The notes under the pieces were generated by a model that saw only the letters and a program-made list of their open reading frames with translations, searched no databases and was not told where the DNA came from. DNA of 64,000 nt, taken from positions 155,677 through 219,676 of the IMG/VR virus record IMGVR_UViG_3300033182_000674; one strand, written 5' to 3'. Of this stretch, positions 12,401-19,680 are shown piece after piece (the first letter of the stretch is position 1; the number at the start of each line of letters is the position of its first letter). The translations under genes and the position numbers were made by a program.

Positions 12401-14345
12401 GTATAATAACTTGACCAGATTCTGTACCAATTGCAGAAGGATCAATTACAATCGTTGAAGGACCATGTAAATTACCAGTAAAGACTGTGCCAATTGTTGC
12501 ATAATCTGATTTTAATTGTTTAACATATGCCGAATCAATATCAGCATCTTCAGATTTTAAATATGTAATTTGAGCACTATCAATAAATGCATCATCGACA
12601 TTTAAATTACTAATATTAGCTTGATCAATATATGCTGAATCAACATCTGCTTGACTAACATTAATTTGATCAATATATGCCGAATCAATATCAGCTTGAC
12701 TAATATTAGCTTGACCGATATAAGCTGAATCGATAATAACATTATTTAAATGACCAGAATCTAAATCAAGATGTTGAGTTCCTAAGAATCTAATATAAGC
12801 TGAATCAACTGTTAACTCATTAACGGATAAAATATCAATATGAGCTGAATCTATATCTGCCTTAGATACATTTAAAATATCAATATACGCTGAATCAGCA
12901 TCAATATCTCTTAAATTAACTTGATCAAAAAATGCTGAATCTACATCTAAATCTCTTACATGTAATAAATCAACAAATGCTGAATCAACATTAAGATCTC
13001 TAACATCTAATTGTTTAATATGAGCTGAATCAATAATAGCATCTTGAACATGAATCTGATTAAAGAAAGCAGAATCACCATCTAATTGAGATACGTTTAA
13101 TTGATCGATATAAGCACTATCAATATCAGCCTGAGATACATTTAATTGATCAATATATGCCGAATCAATATCAGCCTGAGATACATTTAATTGATCAATA
13201 TATGCACTATCGATATCAGCTTGGTTGATATTAGCTTGACCAATGTATGCTGAATCAATAATAGCATCATCAATATGAGCTGAGTCAGCATCTAAGCTAT
13301 TAATATTAGCTGTATCGATATAAGCAGAGTCAACGTCTAATTGTGATACATTAAATTGATCTGCATAACCAGAATCAATATCGATATCATTAACATTTAA
13401 TTGATTAATAAATGCTGAGTCAACATCAAGATCATCAATATGAGCTGAGTCAACATCTAAGCTATTAATATTAACAATATCAAGATATGCAGAATCTACA
13501 TCAAGATCTCTAACATTTAAATGATCAATAAAGCCAGAATCAGCTTGTAGGAATGTAATATAACCAGAGTCTGCTCTTAAATAATGAATTAAAGCTGAAT
13601 CAACTTCTAGTTGAGATATATAAGCAGAGTCAACTACTAACTCTCGTAATTTTAAATAATCGGTATTTCTACTATCACCAATTAATAAGAATTTTCTATT
13701 TTCTGTGACACCTGGTTCAGTATCTAAGCGCCAAGTATAATGTTCACCACCAATCTTTGCAACTTTAGTTGAATAACCTTCGTCATCAATATCGCCTAGA
13801 CCAATATAAAGAACTTTATGTCTAAATTCTGTTGGAGGCGGACAAACACCAGTCCAGGTGAATGAAATTATATCACCATTAATACCAACATTTGTAATGT
13901 CAATAAGTAAATCATTGAAAGGAGATTCGCCACCGAATTGACGACCGTCAATATGGATTTTTTCTCCAGCTCTCCAGTCTTGACCACTTAAAATTAATTC
14001 AACTTCGTAGCCAAGACCAGCACGAGTAATTTTAAATTCTTGACCATATCCATTTGTTGGTAAATCTTTAGTACCATCATTATATGGAATAGGAGTTTCT
14101 GTATAATTTTCAAAAGGATATTCAGTATTATAAACGGCAGTATAAGGTGAATTGCCATCGTCAATTCCTTGACCATATGCGCCAGCTTCACCATAGGTAT
14201 ATACGATCTCACCAGGACGAATTTTGGATGTTAAGACTAAGAGATTACCAAGACCGTCACTGTCGGCTGCGCCTGCTGAGTCCGTTTTAAAAATGAGTGG
14301 AGCTTGCTCGGTAGCCGATCGTTTTATTTTAATAATAGATGCCAT
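462..14345 (-). CDS. Giant tail fibre / adhesin-like structural protein (4627 aa)
   Basis: Uninterrupted ORF; MASIIKIKRS N-terminus typical of environmental T4-like fibres; pentad repeats, YadA-head-like xIAIG repeats, nonapeptide array, DSAYVQARQ repeats; C-terminal domain resembling the T4 gp34 N-terminal module; late promoter upstream. Confidence 0.85.
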   Translation of the reverse strand: MASIIKIKRSATEQAPLIFKTDSAGAADSDGLGNLLVLTSKIRPGEIVYTYGEAGAYGQGIDDGNSPYTAVYNTEYPFENYTETPIPYNDGTKDLPTNGYGQEFKITRAGLGYEVELILSGQDWRAGEKIHIDGRQFGGESPFNDLLIDITNVGINGDIISFTWTGVCPPPTEFRHKVLYIGLGDIDDEGYSTKVAKIGGEHYTWRLDTEPGVTENRKFLLIGDSRNTDYLKLRELVVDSAYISQLEVDSALIHYLRADSGYITFLQADSGFIDHLNVRDLDVDSAYLDIVNINSLDVDSAHIDDLDVDSAFINQLNVNDIDIDSGYADQFNVSQLDVDSAYIDTANINSLDADSAHIDDAIIDSAYIGQANINQADIDSAYIDQLNVSQADIDSAYIDQLNVSQADIDSAYIDQLNVSQLDGDSAFFNQIHVQDAIIDSAHIKQLDVRDLNVDSAFVDLLHVRDLDVDSAFFDQVNLRDIDADSAYIDILNVSKADIDSAHIDILSVNELTVDSAYIRFLGTQHLDLDSGHLNNVIIDSAYIGQANISQADIDSAYIDQINVSQADVDSAYIDQANISNLNVDDAFIDSAQITYLKSEDADIDSAYVKQLKSDYATIGTVFTGNLHGPSTIVIDPSAIGTESGQVIILGNLQVEGVETIVNSTTVTINDKNVVLADSAQNAFEADGAGITINGANANFTYYAVDDKFVIDRDLEVQTKLTADSGVFKYVYADSGIIKYLEGDSGHYTKFSVDALLVDSGTFNLVRTEKLLVGTASDSNSIIFIDSTGQFATDTNLQYDGAEVSLTDIDIHVQRGDVVIDSGFVRTQDLELLSAEDGGILYSQYGGDSVTTNRDFIFASRTSLGSVKNGLQIGWEPLYDSGYYRFYVDKNTGAVEADNLKLGYQVDQVVGQFNPQPRYTGDFSVYDFYGLDITGEKIVSTVQTNRILSDVLMSAEDSSRIFEVLSYDSIQPLFEVRKDGNINFAGDLYKNGAKFTGGGIFTKLDNDDAYFIPDPVALATNPYGIGGRVGLGLNDPKYNLHLSGSIAATGVHNPSSFTSPAIFALSGLPGYSDDSDLSRFAFIPELTAFRAGSWKGADWNISNFGEYSIAMGRNTLATNTSTIAIGDSAQASAINSVAIGTRSTIKDQNDISAIAIGTNNDAGGSYSITLGKDNVATDTRAIGIGITNRVEGNAGVAIGDSNTISATGDASIAIGKHNTVGGGGSVALGIGNIANGNPSFIMGQNNNIPLSTTNNAFILGISSTVNGDNSYAFGQNLTVDGLFHYGYNLSATNRTIDAERQITVVGGNVSIGSDSDVEYPDYEGHLYVKGNIYYEGDLLRNIPGQGLSSGNVFVDNGVYVEYTLDKNIGINLGNPWQKLEVGDAFGINGTYGGLPGQPDSSIFDSDQVNSWSPQTNDAHFLYNPRYNVFRVGQTDLTKNPNEYIGDHSIGLGTNNVVAGEKSIAIGEDLYPTGDNNIFIGTKIYQHIDAKNQGAGASKNIVLGNDVTLSDNASNNIVFSVANRKLPHTFDTVYGYSKDSQEVIDVQNTILFPDSSTLIGIGTFTPSDETADGFPVILDVTGNVNINGNLYKNGEATGQFVYDSTVSSFVFTSDDDSHNGIIVPTGNKTVLPLTTRTDGQIGVDLFIQTNLGELSLDSYIAHTLSGSLDAALNARVIGSTGPVEVTTISLTDPGVITTADPHGLVDGQYVKFNNIVGTTVLNGNWYFAKVITATTFEIYSNVNLTQSIDLTAAGAYQGPYGTAEGGPSPQSFTGTFDFIANIRESAGPVITMFTAGLFNRGDLIWIDEATGTTEPNQNQYYVEIGADSYDYLLYSDDQLTSRVNGSTWTYPYTGGGKASLLAAGNLGDPVPQASILTLQTIIDTILATADSAYIQARISSDEFWQRNQTGTSLFFNPQGAVPTSVGIGTSTPDLRYNLDVDGNANFGELYIDDMEFHGHLDSYIDSIFLSPIVDATYINDRVELNESALRDIIDSDYFSYFIDSNYIMERVHDSDHWQHNTVDSFGGHTVFMGVGPNQVDWKLGVGTAHAEERLHIIGKGKFEDGVVVGGDATFFESLIVADSNFTYNITFADSDIPYVAGKNPFVYDSDQIGNPSTGIVTIANQITAGDPWFYINFFLNPVEPTGKFIEWIRHDQNWTPITLQYGPDFYYDGTVNPPRLWFNEGSVSVTDKKWTITDRAFPNNKFIVSGPDDVTGGSLNYNLQFSQFTILDSTGATKTTLTSNDVNKVDTQTLEILNANSLINPNDKIYIGGKSQRIVNTVNIDGTLSVPATSTFTGEADFNDIVTFNNTVDFNDVVEFNNQLNVIDTNVNITDSGNLYLESGDIYFDGVPFQDRIEDIVDSDYIGERIATPWKYRNRDDSGNLDLYTETEGAVVVGTLDNLIDSSTRLLVDGGNTILKSTDFADSPGGMIPGVVPDYGEGSRFMWIGHRGALRAGWVDGVTTNWDDTEVEISSIALGYNATASAFSTAIGYEVGAGTSGAKYYSISIGSDILNAGDQSIALGHHITHSNTADQQISIGYNVSHGNTNNSVAIGYDVSAAELLAIGYEATSTSTGVSLGYDVTAGNNALSLGRIATSGNSSVSIGREATSHNTSVSLGRRVNSTNSSVSIGNDVTTSNSAIGVGASISAGSGSVVVGSGSTAGNSGVAIGKNNYASTGTTVIGTSSSAGQGSHAIGHDNNMSTYSHVIGWGNRDGYSSNIVGGGNRGNSYETVIGFNNTSNSRGGVLGWNNNNNSYGTVIGVNNDGNYQVRLVVGSDNHSNTYGATIFGVGNTSNRSITVFGRNNVGSSNINSVDNSSIYGNNSTISSSGFVYGKSNAISYGGFAFGDNLTIDHGGYAFGTNQTINNGGFAFGYDNTVDGAGGLTSYAYGAGNTVSGRGFAVGYDNTATTAQSVAIGHDNTTTGFKSTALGAYATASGNYAMAIGLGTGAAGYDVANDNTLAIVGGQVAINQAEAGANYVLDVNGNINSTDYYRQGKRLYNYILDDVTNRAWIRYNADSDYIHSAANFDYIHDLMYPQYFFGHDNYTNNLRYIGGGNVGIHVSQPQYDLDVGGDINFTGALYLSGDKIIPSIDSIGDVYVSHITNEYFIGPDSAEEYFDSAYVNQRVTPFDYEFFIDSAYVTARFDYSTVPSFTEVTDEITTAVDDVAFHYDPFGRISYASNTKSPFFGVRMGVGRPAPNFQGLDLQGRLQVNNGDIALNGGKIYIDGVLLEPETPFREDPSYVVYRLPQKNIAIGKTTAAYNVDVAGTINADSGIFINGLSLVEDIFTSDWVQGIADSAWIKSHADQEWIRLNADSDYIKTAADSDWIKFVADSDYIKTAANQEWIRFNADSDYIKTAADSDWIKFNADQEWIRYNADSSYILSAADSDYIKTAANQEWIRLNADSDYIKSAAGQDWIRQNADSNYILSAANLAWIRYNADSDYIHTAVDEPYIATIVDSGYVTDRVNKQTIRNLFSAGTGVIYTKATGQFKIGQAVSTTSNVQFNNITTSGNIIATDSGQTIGSLAKPFGELYLSGNSLYLDGTSIGLDNNSKVTIDGDEIITRPILITTVDSDYVSERVKASTVRGMFSSGGNGITYNQADGEFAIDSNAAVVINSLRTTNGLVVEGDLQVNGTTTTINSVNLLVDDNMIYLNHLESGNSPTIYVDLGFAGNYNDTGSYAHTGIFRDATDGRWKIFDGYTPEPDDDPQINTGHASFNFADLQVGTLYSDGLSRNSNVNPGTYGSASKIPVVTIDASGFIDSVGEVNVAGVTGVTYNDATGELSVSTADGNTFSDSITLQPFTTDNLTEGSNQYYTEARVTALVDSAYVQARQVDFFRDSAFITNIVDSAYVNQLADDFDYITVIDSAYVQARQVDFFRDSAFVTNIVDTVYIQARDRVRDSGFVQDIIDSDYIADRTPPSLTVQEVDSANGINKTISDVSLIKFDNYTGFQVSDLGNGEVKVALGSGFKTIQVDGQDDIVAIGEDTLAVDAGNGIILSTDAVTKALTIAVDSNFSGGVDSATVTSIIDSAYINARVDIDSNGDVTINNTTNNTYTTIKNITQVIGGEYVNYHYVATDGQRVFTGLDANNNSLNVTAGSIQVYLNGFNLLEGVDYTADSTSITLTDSASASDDLIVSALSNALSGTGGANVWDSGDTINVINTVVDTSYIDNRVTPFDYQNIIDAAYINNLVQGVDSAAVTSIIDSNYIQTRQADIFRDSAFVTNIVDTVYIQARDRVRDSSFITDIVDATYINNLVQGVDSAAIFALIDSDYIQSRQTDIFRDSAFVTNIVDTVYIQARDRVRDSGFVQDIVDSAYINSLVTIPEVGVDSNAIFSLIDSAYINARVDAVSGGAGTVDSAQVLQIVAENTTEAATNFNRIIATANNQTVFTGFTVNPNATLVYAGGILIVEGEDWSIDSAGTTVTLTTGLDLGDELYVVENVAGMFGGVADDTVIYSYDFTADSNQTVFNGTDDNGATLHYNPSNHMVYINGIFVAKGADYTIDSGDTITLTQAANNNDLVSIVNVTRANNGSWQEITATTYNANIGQKLIVDTTSAVTVNLPVNPRFGDEVKIIDGMGNAFTNNITVDPQGNKINGLSGNLVIDVNAAAVGLVYYNNTRGWILTE
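1408..2669. repeat. 50-bp exact direct repeat pair (1408..1457 and 2620..2669) inside the giant fibre gene
   Basis: atatcttgtacaaaaccagaatctcttacacgatctctagcttgaatata occurs twice, 1212 bp apart; encodes YIQARDRVRDSGFVQDI. Confidence 0.9.
4002..4460 (-). repeat. Coding tandem array, 17 x 27 bp (nonapeptides ADSDYIKTA / ADQEWIRYN)
   Basis: 17 consecutive 9-aa units from ADSAWIKSH to ADSDYIHTA; span 459 bp = 17 x 27. Confidence 0.9.
12520..13640 (-). repeat. Coding repeat region of 10- and 15-aa units (DSAYIDQLNVSQADI type)
   Basis: More than 20 DS(A/G)(Y/F/H)I units spaced 10 or 15 residues apart; 45-bp near-perfect tandem at 13121/13166; boundaries approximate. Confidence 0.85.
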
Positions 14346-14394
14346 TGAATAGAAATCCTACTAAAAAGTCATATAGAATATATTTTATTACTTA

Positions 14395-14402
14395 TATTTA
14401 TA
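14395..14402 (-). promoter_or_regulatory. T4-type late promoter TATAAATA
   Basis: Exact consensus on the minus strand in the intergenic gap, 50 nt upstream of the 4627-aa gene. Confidence 0.8.
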
Positions 14403-14407
14403 TGCTT

Positions 14408-14641
14408 TTAGAAGCCTTCTCCACCTTCAATGGTTTGATTTTCCAATAAATTTGATGTTTCCCATTTCTTTGTAGCAGGGTTGTATATTAATAAGTCGCC
14501 TAAATCTGGATCACCAAGTACATCTAAGAGTTTACCAACAGAGGTAAAGATTTCAATCTTAGTTGCAGATGGAACTGGAACACCAACAGTGATTTTTTTA
14601 ATAATTGTTCTAGATGAAACTACTCTTATTGCGTCGGCCAT
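14408..14641 (-). CDS. Hypothetical small virion protein (77 aa)
   Basis: ORF with GGAG Shine-Dalgarno; GDLLIYNPATKKWE resembles short fibre-associated motifs. Confidence 0.65.
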   Translation of the reverse strand: MADAIRVVSSRTIIKKITVGVPVPSATKIEIFTSVGKLLDVLGDPDLGDLLIYNPATKKWETSNLLENQTIEGGEGF

Positions 14642-14652
14642 GACTTATCTCC

Positions 14653-15042
14653 TCATGTTACCGAAGGTGTAACTGTTAGTTTACCTTCTAGAATTCTTTC
14701 TACAATATCAGCATCAGTATCAGAATCATAATAAGTAATTTCGACATCATAAACATAATTGGTTGGCTTCATTGCATCTGTTTGTTCATGTGTCAAAGTC
14801 AATGTAATGATATTATCTAAATTTTGATTATTAACTGTAGTAGCAGAAAAAAGAATTGCATCTGAATCTGGCGTGCTATAATTAAGTTTAATTTTACCAT
14901 TAACATTATAATGAGGAATAATATCACCACTATTAGAATCAAGCATATTAAATCTCTTACTACTTCCATCTGGATTATAGCATTCTAACTTAATGACAAC
15001 GTCAGTTCCTTTATCAATTATAAGATCTTCATATTGTGCCAT
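14653..15042 (-). CDS. Structural adaptor-type protein, BppU-N/LtfC-like beta-sandwich (129 aa)
   Basis: Pattern LIIDKGTD...ITLTLTHEQT...YVYDVEI...RILEGKLTVTPSVT is common among fibre-associated proteins of T4-like phages. Confidence 0.6.
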   Translation of the reverse strand: MAQYEDLIIDKGTDVVIKLECYNPDGSSKRFNMLDSNSGDIIPHYNVNGKIKLNYSTPDSDAILFSATTVNNQNLDNIITLTLTHEQTDAMKPTNYVYDVEITYYDSDTDADIVERILEGKLTVTPSVT

Positions 15043-15047
15043 TTTAA

Positions 15048-18000
15048 TTAAACCTCGTAAATTTGTTCTACATTATCTGCTGGGAAAGCTCTTTCATTTG
15101 CTCTACCAAATACTAATCTAACAATACCAGCTCCGCCTGATGCATAGAAGCTTGATGTTTCTGGTTTTTCATTTAATCCAACAAATGAAATGTTACCACT
15201 AGAGTCTACAGCTGTTCCATCAAATTGGCCAGAACCGCCACCACCAAAATTCTTAAATGATGGAATACCAGTCACACCATCTGTAGTTAATGTCGCATTA
15301 CCAAAGTATGAAACTTGAGATGTACCATCAGCACTTTGATTATTCTTAGTAATTGACGCCCACTCTGTATATGTATAGCCTGTTTCTTCAACGTTTTGTA
15401 AGCGATTATTAGTTGCAGAATATGTACCAAATGTATTAGATGGTTGAGCACCAGCGCTATCATCATTAACTAAGAAGTTATATTGAGCAGAATCAAATCT
15501 ATATGTGGCATTAATAACTGGAGTAGCAGCCATTGATGTATTTGGATAAGATCCTCTAATCTCGCTTTCTAACATAGTAGTTGGTAACAAGCTAGTTAAA
15601 CCACTGGTGCTTTGACCATAAATGTTAGTACCACCACCTTCTCTTGCACAAGGTCCTGGACCTACACCAAGATATAATGGTCCATATGGATTATCAACTA
15701 ATGGATCTAACCAATCATTAAATCCAAGTTGTGTTAAAGAATTAGGTAAGCAACCAATCATATTAGGTAAGACGGCCGAATCAAAAGCATCAGCTGTTCC
15801 ACCGCCACCACCGTTTTCATCCCATCCACCAGCAGCACCACCAAAACCAGCTAAATGGTTTTCAGTAAATAACAACTGATTATTATAGTTACCTATAATC
15901 GGTTGAGATAAAGAACCAGGATTTCCATTAAGACCACCATAACTGCCAAATTTTTGCAAGTTAAATTTGTTTTCTAATGAAATGCCATCAATATTACCAA
16001 ATGCTATTTCGCCACCAGCCATCGTTGCATCAGATACAGTTGGATATGAACTAGACTTTTTAACCCCACCACCGCCACCAGCGATTGCAACAATTTCACC
16101 ATTAACAGATACCCAACTATTTGATGGAGATAATTGTGCAGCACTAGAATTACCGCTTAATATAAAGTTTGAATCTCCATTCCAAACCATTGGTGGATGT
16201 TGAATACCAAAACAAGAATCAGCTGATAAACCAGTCGCAGGATCAAATTGATTACCAAGTATTTCAAATCTTGGCCATGTTAAATCAGCGCCGCTAAACT
16301 CTGAATCAATCATTTTAACAATTGGAGCTATACCAGCATAGAATCCAATCTTATCACCAGGTTGGACTGGAATAAAGTTAGCCCAAGCTAAACCTGCACC
16401 ACCGCCGCCATATGCACCATTTGCATGTGCGTTATATGCTGCAACATAATTACTCTTAGCGAGTTCAACATCTGGTAAATCTGTACTACTATGCAAACCA
16501 GGTAAGAACATAGAACCTGGTGCACCATAACCACCAGCACCAATTGCTGCCAATGAAAGATAGTTACAACCATCAGGTACTGTTATTTCATTATAACCAT
16601 TTAGACCAACATATTCAACTAATCCACTATTAAATGCACTCATAGGAATTGCTTGTGGTGTTGGATTTTCATTTACAAATTTAAAAATTGCACTATTACC
16701 AGCAGAATCAATACCTGAAGCAATTATTTCTTTACCAGTTTTTTCTGTATATAAACCAGTAATTTCTTTAAGACCACTTTTAAATATTGACGCAGAATCA
16801 TTTTGGAAAACTAAAGTATTAATATTATATGGACTTAAAAGATTACCAACTTTAATTGTACCGTCTGAATCGTCACCAGCAAATAAAGCAACTGCGCCAT
16901 CATTCATAAATGAGAATGTATTAGGAGTGAATCCCAAATTTAATTCTGTTTCGTATTGAACCAAAGCTAAAGCAATATTCCAAGGATCAATTATACTATA
17001 TTGTGTTATAACACCGTCTACGGTAGAATCAGATGATGATCCAGGATTACTAAGAACATATAAACGTGATCCAGCTGTTTCGAATGAATCATATCCAAAG
17101 TTTATATCTTTAATTGTACCACGTGTAAGTGTATCAAATGGTTTATATGTTGATAGTCTATGTTCACTGAATTGATTATATCCTAAGATATTAGATACAG
17201 GTAAATCATATTCTAAAATTTCTGAACCAATAACATTACTATCAGCACCAGATGATTCTATGAAAACAGTATTAATTGCTGTGTATAATTTTCTACCGCC
17301 CGCACCTATCTTATGATTTTGGAATTGATCATAATATAAATTACCATTAGTAACATCAATTCCATTAAATGTCATATTTTCCCATTTGGCTGCATCCTGT
17401 GACCAACACGCAGGACCAATTCTAACACCACCTGCAAGTTCATTAAACGTGTTTTCAAGCGCGTCTGAAGTTATGTTTTGGTATAGCGTACCAGTACTAG
17501 CAGGAGGTATACTATAAACATAACTACTCAAATATGGACCACCATAGTTTGTTGATAATGTAACTCCCGATGATCCATTCCAATATTGTTTATTAATAGT
17601 TCCAATATTAATAGTTCCTACAGTTGGTCTTTCTAATACATCAAAATAAATCCAACCAAACTTTCTTGTTTGATCCCATGATGTATCACTTGTTTGTGTA
17701 CTTGGCGAATTTCTCCAGTCTGGAGGGAAAGCAAAATTAGTATCATTGACATCATATGTTTCTATTTCGCCAAAATAAATTGCGTATTCACTTCCTTCTT
17801 TAATGCAATGAACCCAAGCTTGATTACTATACCAGTTTTGAAAATCTATTGACCCTTCATTTGGCAATGTGCCAGCAAGTAATAAAGTTTGATCCATGAA
17901 GAAATCATTATCACCACTTGAATCTATATCATATGCTAATAAATTTTTATATGCATTATCACCTTGATTATTATTTTGTCCTAGATTTAGTGTTAAAGTC

Positions 18001-19679
18001 CAGCTCGAGTTTCCACTTATATCACCAGTACCACCTTCTGTGTGTCTATTAAATGATAATGTATGTTCTGCACGAGTACTAGGATCATTTCCTTTTTCAG
18101 TTTCGAAATATCCTAATACAAAACTAATAGTGTCGTCATCCCAAGCATTATCTGATGTCATCTTCATTTTTATATCATACTTATGATATGTGTCAGAAGA
18201 TACAAATCCAATATAAGAGGTTGAGTTAACATTACAACGAATTGATCCTGTGGCAGAATCATATACCCAAGCACTTGCAGCAGGTGAAGTATAAGTTCTA
18301 GTATTTGTAAAGAAATCATTATCAGCAATATCATCAACGTTTTGATGTTGGAATCTATACCAATTATTATAAATGTTTTCTTGTGAGAAACCTTGAAGCT
18401 TTTGAGCAGCAATAGACATTGTTTCTACTGGCGCAGCACTTAATGTATCTAAGTTAAAAGCAGAATCAAGTGTATGTTTAAACACTAATGTGTCAATACC
18501 TTGACCAGCATTAGTATACATAAATTCACCACGCTCATCAAAATATACACCTGAAGTAATATAACCAGCAGAGTTATATGTTAAAGTAGCATCTTGTGCT
18601 GGTGAATCATTATAATAATTAACTCTAGATAAATCAAACTTAGTAGGGATTAATTTATTTTGATCATTATCTTCAACTAATGCTTCACCTCTATAATAAT
18701 CACCTAAATGATAAGGAGTTGGAATACCACTAACTGGCAATTCCCATCTATGAAGACCTGATGGACCAATCATAGTTAAGTTTTCGTTTAGATCATTACC
18801 TGCGCCATCTTTACCAAATGGAGCAAATGTTAATGATTGAGGAACTGTTTCATAGACATATGGAATAAGCGCTGATTCAATTTTAGCTGTTGTAGGCTCA
18901 AATGCAGTACTTAACTTAAACTTGTAAATAAAAGATGTTTGCCCGGTTTGATATCCACTAACAAACATTTCAGAACCATTTTTATTAAACGCAATACTTG
19001 TTGGTCTATCCATTAATGGTATACCAATAGTGTCAACTAAAATCCAAGCACCGGCATATCTATACCGAGATAATGAAAAAGCATTTCTTAATTTAATTGT
19101 ATGAACAGCATTTTTATAATCACCCATTACAAAAAGCTTTTTACCATCAGATGAAAAAGTTAAATCTATAGGTGCATATTCTTTTATTTTTCTTTGTGCC
19201 ATTGATATGTTGGCTGAATATGATGCAGTAGTAATATCCCAAGGAGTACTCAATTTATATTCATTAATACCGGCACCATCACCAGCAACAAACATACGAG
19301 TACCATTCGTATTAAATACTACGCCTTGTGGGCTGTTTTCTAATTTAGAAAAACCAGAACCAGTACCAATGTTTAAGCTCATATCAGCTTGGCCAACATC
19401 ATCAATATCCATTTGATATGGATTAGATGCTACATAGCGATAGATTGTGTTTGTATTATTATCAGCAACATAAAAATATTGATTGTTGGAACCACCCCAA
19501 CAACATCCACGCATATCAGCAGATCCACTCATATCGGTATCAAAGAAAGAAGATGCAACTGATTCTACATATGTAGATGAGGTTATAGTAGCCTCTACAG
19601 GTTTAACAAACTCTTTCGTGATATTCTCAAGAGTGATACTACCGTCAAAAACATTTTTTGGTAAATAGGTAAATGCCAT
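15048..19679 (-). CDS. Large virion appendage protein: beta-propeller repeats, central lectin-like region, C-terminal glycine-rich domain (1543 aa)
   Basis: Repeats such as PQGVVFNTNGTRMFVAG...EYKLSTPWDITTA; DDDTISFVLGY motif; AIGAGGYG / GGGGAGLAW / GGAGIVRLVFG glycine-rich signature. Confidence 0.7.
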   Translation of the reverse strand: MAFTYLPKNVFDGSITLENITKEFVKPVEATITSSTYVESVASSFFDTDMSGSADMRGCCWGGSNNQYFYVADNNTNTIYRYVASNPYQMDIDDVGQADMSLNIGTGSGFSKLENSPQGVVFNTNGTRMFVAGDGAGINEYKLSTPWDITTASYSANISMAQRKIKEYAPIDLTFSSDGKKLFVMGDYKNAVHTIKLRNAFSLSRYRYAGAWILVDTIGIPLMDRPTSIAFNKNGSEMFVSGYQTGQTSFIYKFKLSTAFEPTTAKIESALIPYVYETVPQSLTFAPFGKDGAGNDLNENLTMIGPSGLHRWELPVSGIPTPYHLGDYYRGEALVEDNDQNKLIPTKFDLSRVNYYNDSPAQDATLTYNSAGYITSGVYFDERGEFMYTNAGQGIDTLVFKHTLDSAFNLDTLSAAPVETMSIAAQKLQGFSQENIYNNWYRFQHQNVDDIADNDFFTNTRTYTSPAASAWVYDSATGSIRCNVNSTSYIGFVSSDTYHKYDIKMKMTSDNAWDDDTISFVLGYFETEKGNDPSTRAEHTLSFNRHTEGGTGDISGNSSWTLTLNLGQNNNQGDNAYKNLLAYDIDSSGDNDFFMDQTLLLAGTLPNEGSIDFQNWYSNQAWVHCIKEGSEYAIYFGEIETYDVNDTNFAFPPDWRNSPSTQTSDTSWDQTRKFGWIYFDVLERPTVGTINIGTINKQYWNGSSGVTLSTNYGGPYLSSYVYSIPPASTGTLYQNITSDALENTFNELAGGVRIGPACWSQDAAKWENMTFNGIDVTNGNLYYDQFQNHKIGAGGRKLYTAINTVFIESSGADSNVIGSEILEYDLPVSNILGYNQFSEHRLSTYKPFDTLTRGTIKDINFGYDSFETAGSRLYVLSNPGSSSDSTVDGVITQYSIIDPWNIALALVQYETELNLGFTPNTFSFMNDGAVALFAGDDSDGTIKVGNLLSPYNINTLVFQNDSASIFKSGLKEITGLYTEKTGKEIIASGIDSAGNSAIFKFVNENPTPQAIPMSAFNSGLVEYVGLNGYNEITVPDGCNYLSLAAIGAGGYGAPGSMFLPGLHSSTDLPDVELAKSNYVAAYNAHANGAYGGGGAGLAWANFIPVQPGDKIGFYAGIAPIVKMIDSEFSGADLTWPRFEILGNQFDPATGLSADSCFGIQHPPMVWNGDSNFILSGNSSAAQLSPSNSWVSVNGEIVAIAGGGGGVKKSSSYPTVSDATMAGGEIAFGNIDGISLENKFNLQKFGSYGGLNGNPGSLSQPIIGNYNNQLLFTENHLAGFGGAAGGWDENGGGGGTADAFDSAVLPNMIGCLPNSLTQLGFNDWLDPLVDNPYGPLYLGVGPGPCAREGGGTNIYGQSTSGLTSLLPTTMLESEIRGSYPNTSMAATPVINATYRFDSAQYNFLVNDDSAGAQPSNTFGTYSATNNRLQNVEETGYTYTEWASITKNNQSADGTSQVSYFGNATLTTDGVTGIPSFKNFGGGGSGQFDGTAVDSSGNISFVGLNEKPETSSFYASGGAGIVRLVFGRANERAFPADNVEQIYEV

Positions 19680-19680
19680 A

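Noticed and set aside
12520-13640. Resemblance of the periodic repeats to ice-nucleation or antifreeze proteins
   Set aside because: Lacks the AGYGSTxT octapeptide or TxT ladders; the pattern fits fibre beta-helix repeats better
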